Assembly (NCBI RefSeq): GCF_021028975.2
Contig: NC_059429.1
Coordinates: 53,382,001 to 53,446,000, forward strand
Length of the DNA stretch: 64,000 bases
Direction: 5' to 3'
DNA from: Sphaerodactylus townsendi
Lineage: Eukaryota
How positions within the stretch are numbered: the first letter of the stretch is position 1; the number at the start of each line of letters is the position of its first letter. The notes under the pieces are model-generated. The model was given only the letters and a program-made list of their open reading frames with translations, did no database searches and had not been told where the DNA came from. Made by a program: the position numbers and the translations under genes. This document shows, one piece after another, positions 63,701 to 64,000 of the stretch.

Positions 63701-64000
63701 TGGGTGGGGTGACCTGTTGGCAACCTTTGCAAGTTTGACTTTCGGGGCGCTTTCTGCTCATGGAAACATCTCGGAAAGCCTACTGGGGGAGGTCGGAAGG
63801 TCCTGAGTTGTCCCTGTTCCTGCGTCTTAATTATGGGGCAGGCGGGGAGGGGGGGGGGCGCTGGCTCAATTGATAGCGTCTACAAGTTTCAAAGCTGGAA
63901 AGCCCAATGAAAAGTGCTCTTCCTGACTGCCTTTCGGTCACCACAGCAGCCCCTTGGCCTTTTATCTTTTCTTCCACCTCCTTTTGGATCCTGACCTTCT

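Overview
This is vertebrate (squamate, most likely gecko) genomic DNA, not a prokaryotic accessory region. The only host coding sequence I can support is a 258-bp minus-strand exon at 63128-63385 matching coding exon 2 of the sialyltransferase ST6GALNAC5 (cytoplasmic tail, signal anchor and stem), inside a CpG island. No sialylmotif-encoding exon is visible, so 1-63127 is inferred to be part of the gene's long intron 2. The intron is a mosaic of mobile elements: three CR1 LINEs, L1 and RTE-X-like LINE pieces, Gypsy/Ty3 remnants, a decayed hAT Buster/Charlie transposase, hAT, Tc1/mariner and PIF/Harbinger non-autonomous elements (many with visible TIRs and TSDs), a non-autonomous Helitron, tRNA- and 5S-derived SINEs and Penelope scraps. 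The most unusual items are: a Harbinger-type element that appears to carry a decayed tRNA-Asn gene with its terminator; a TG..CA, TSD-bounded 1.47-kb element with a pol fragment upstream of gag; a mariner-type MITE built from four tandem hairpins; and a modular hAT family with swapped, unexplained cargo. Three N gaps, an indel-riddled CR1 and a gap-flanked 1.6-kb tandem duplication point to local assembly problems. I found no convincing novel protein-coding system. Family names come from recall of motifs, not from database searches.
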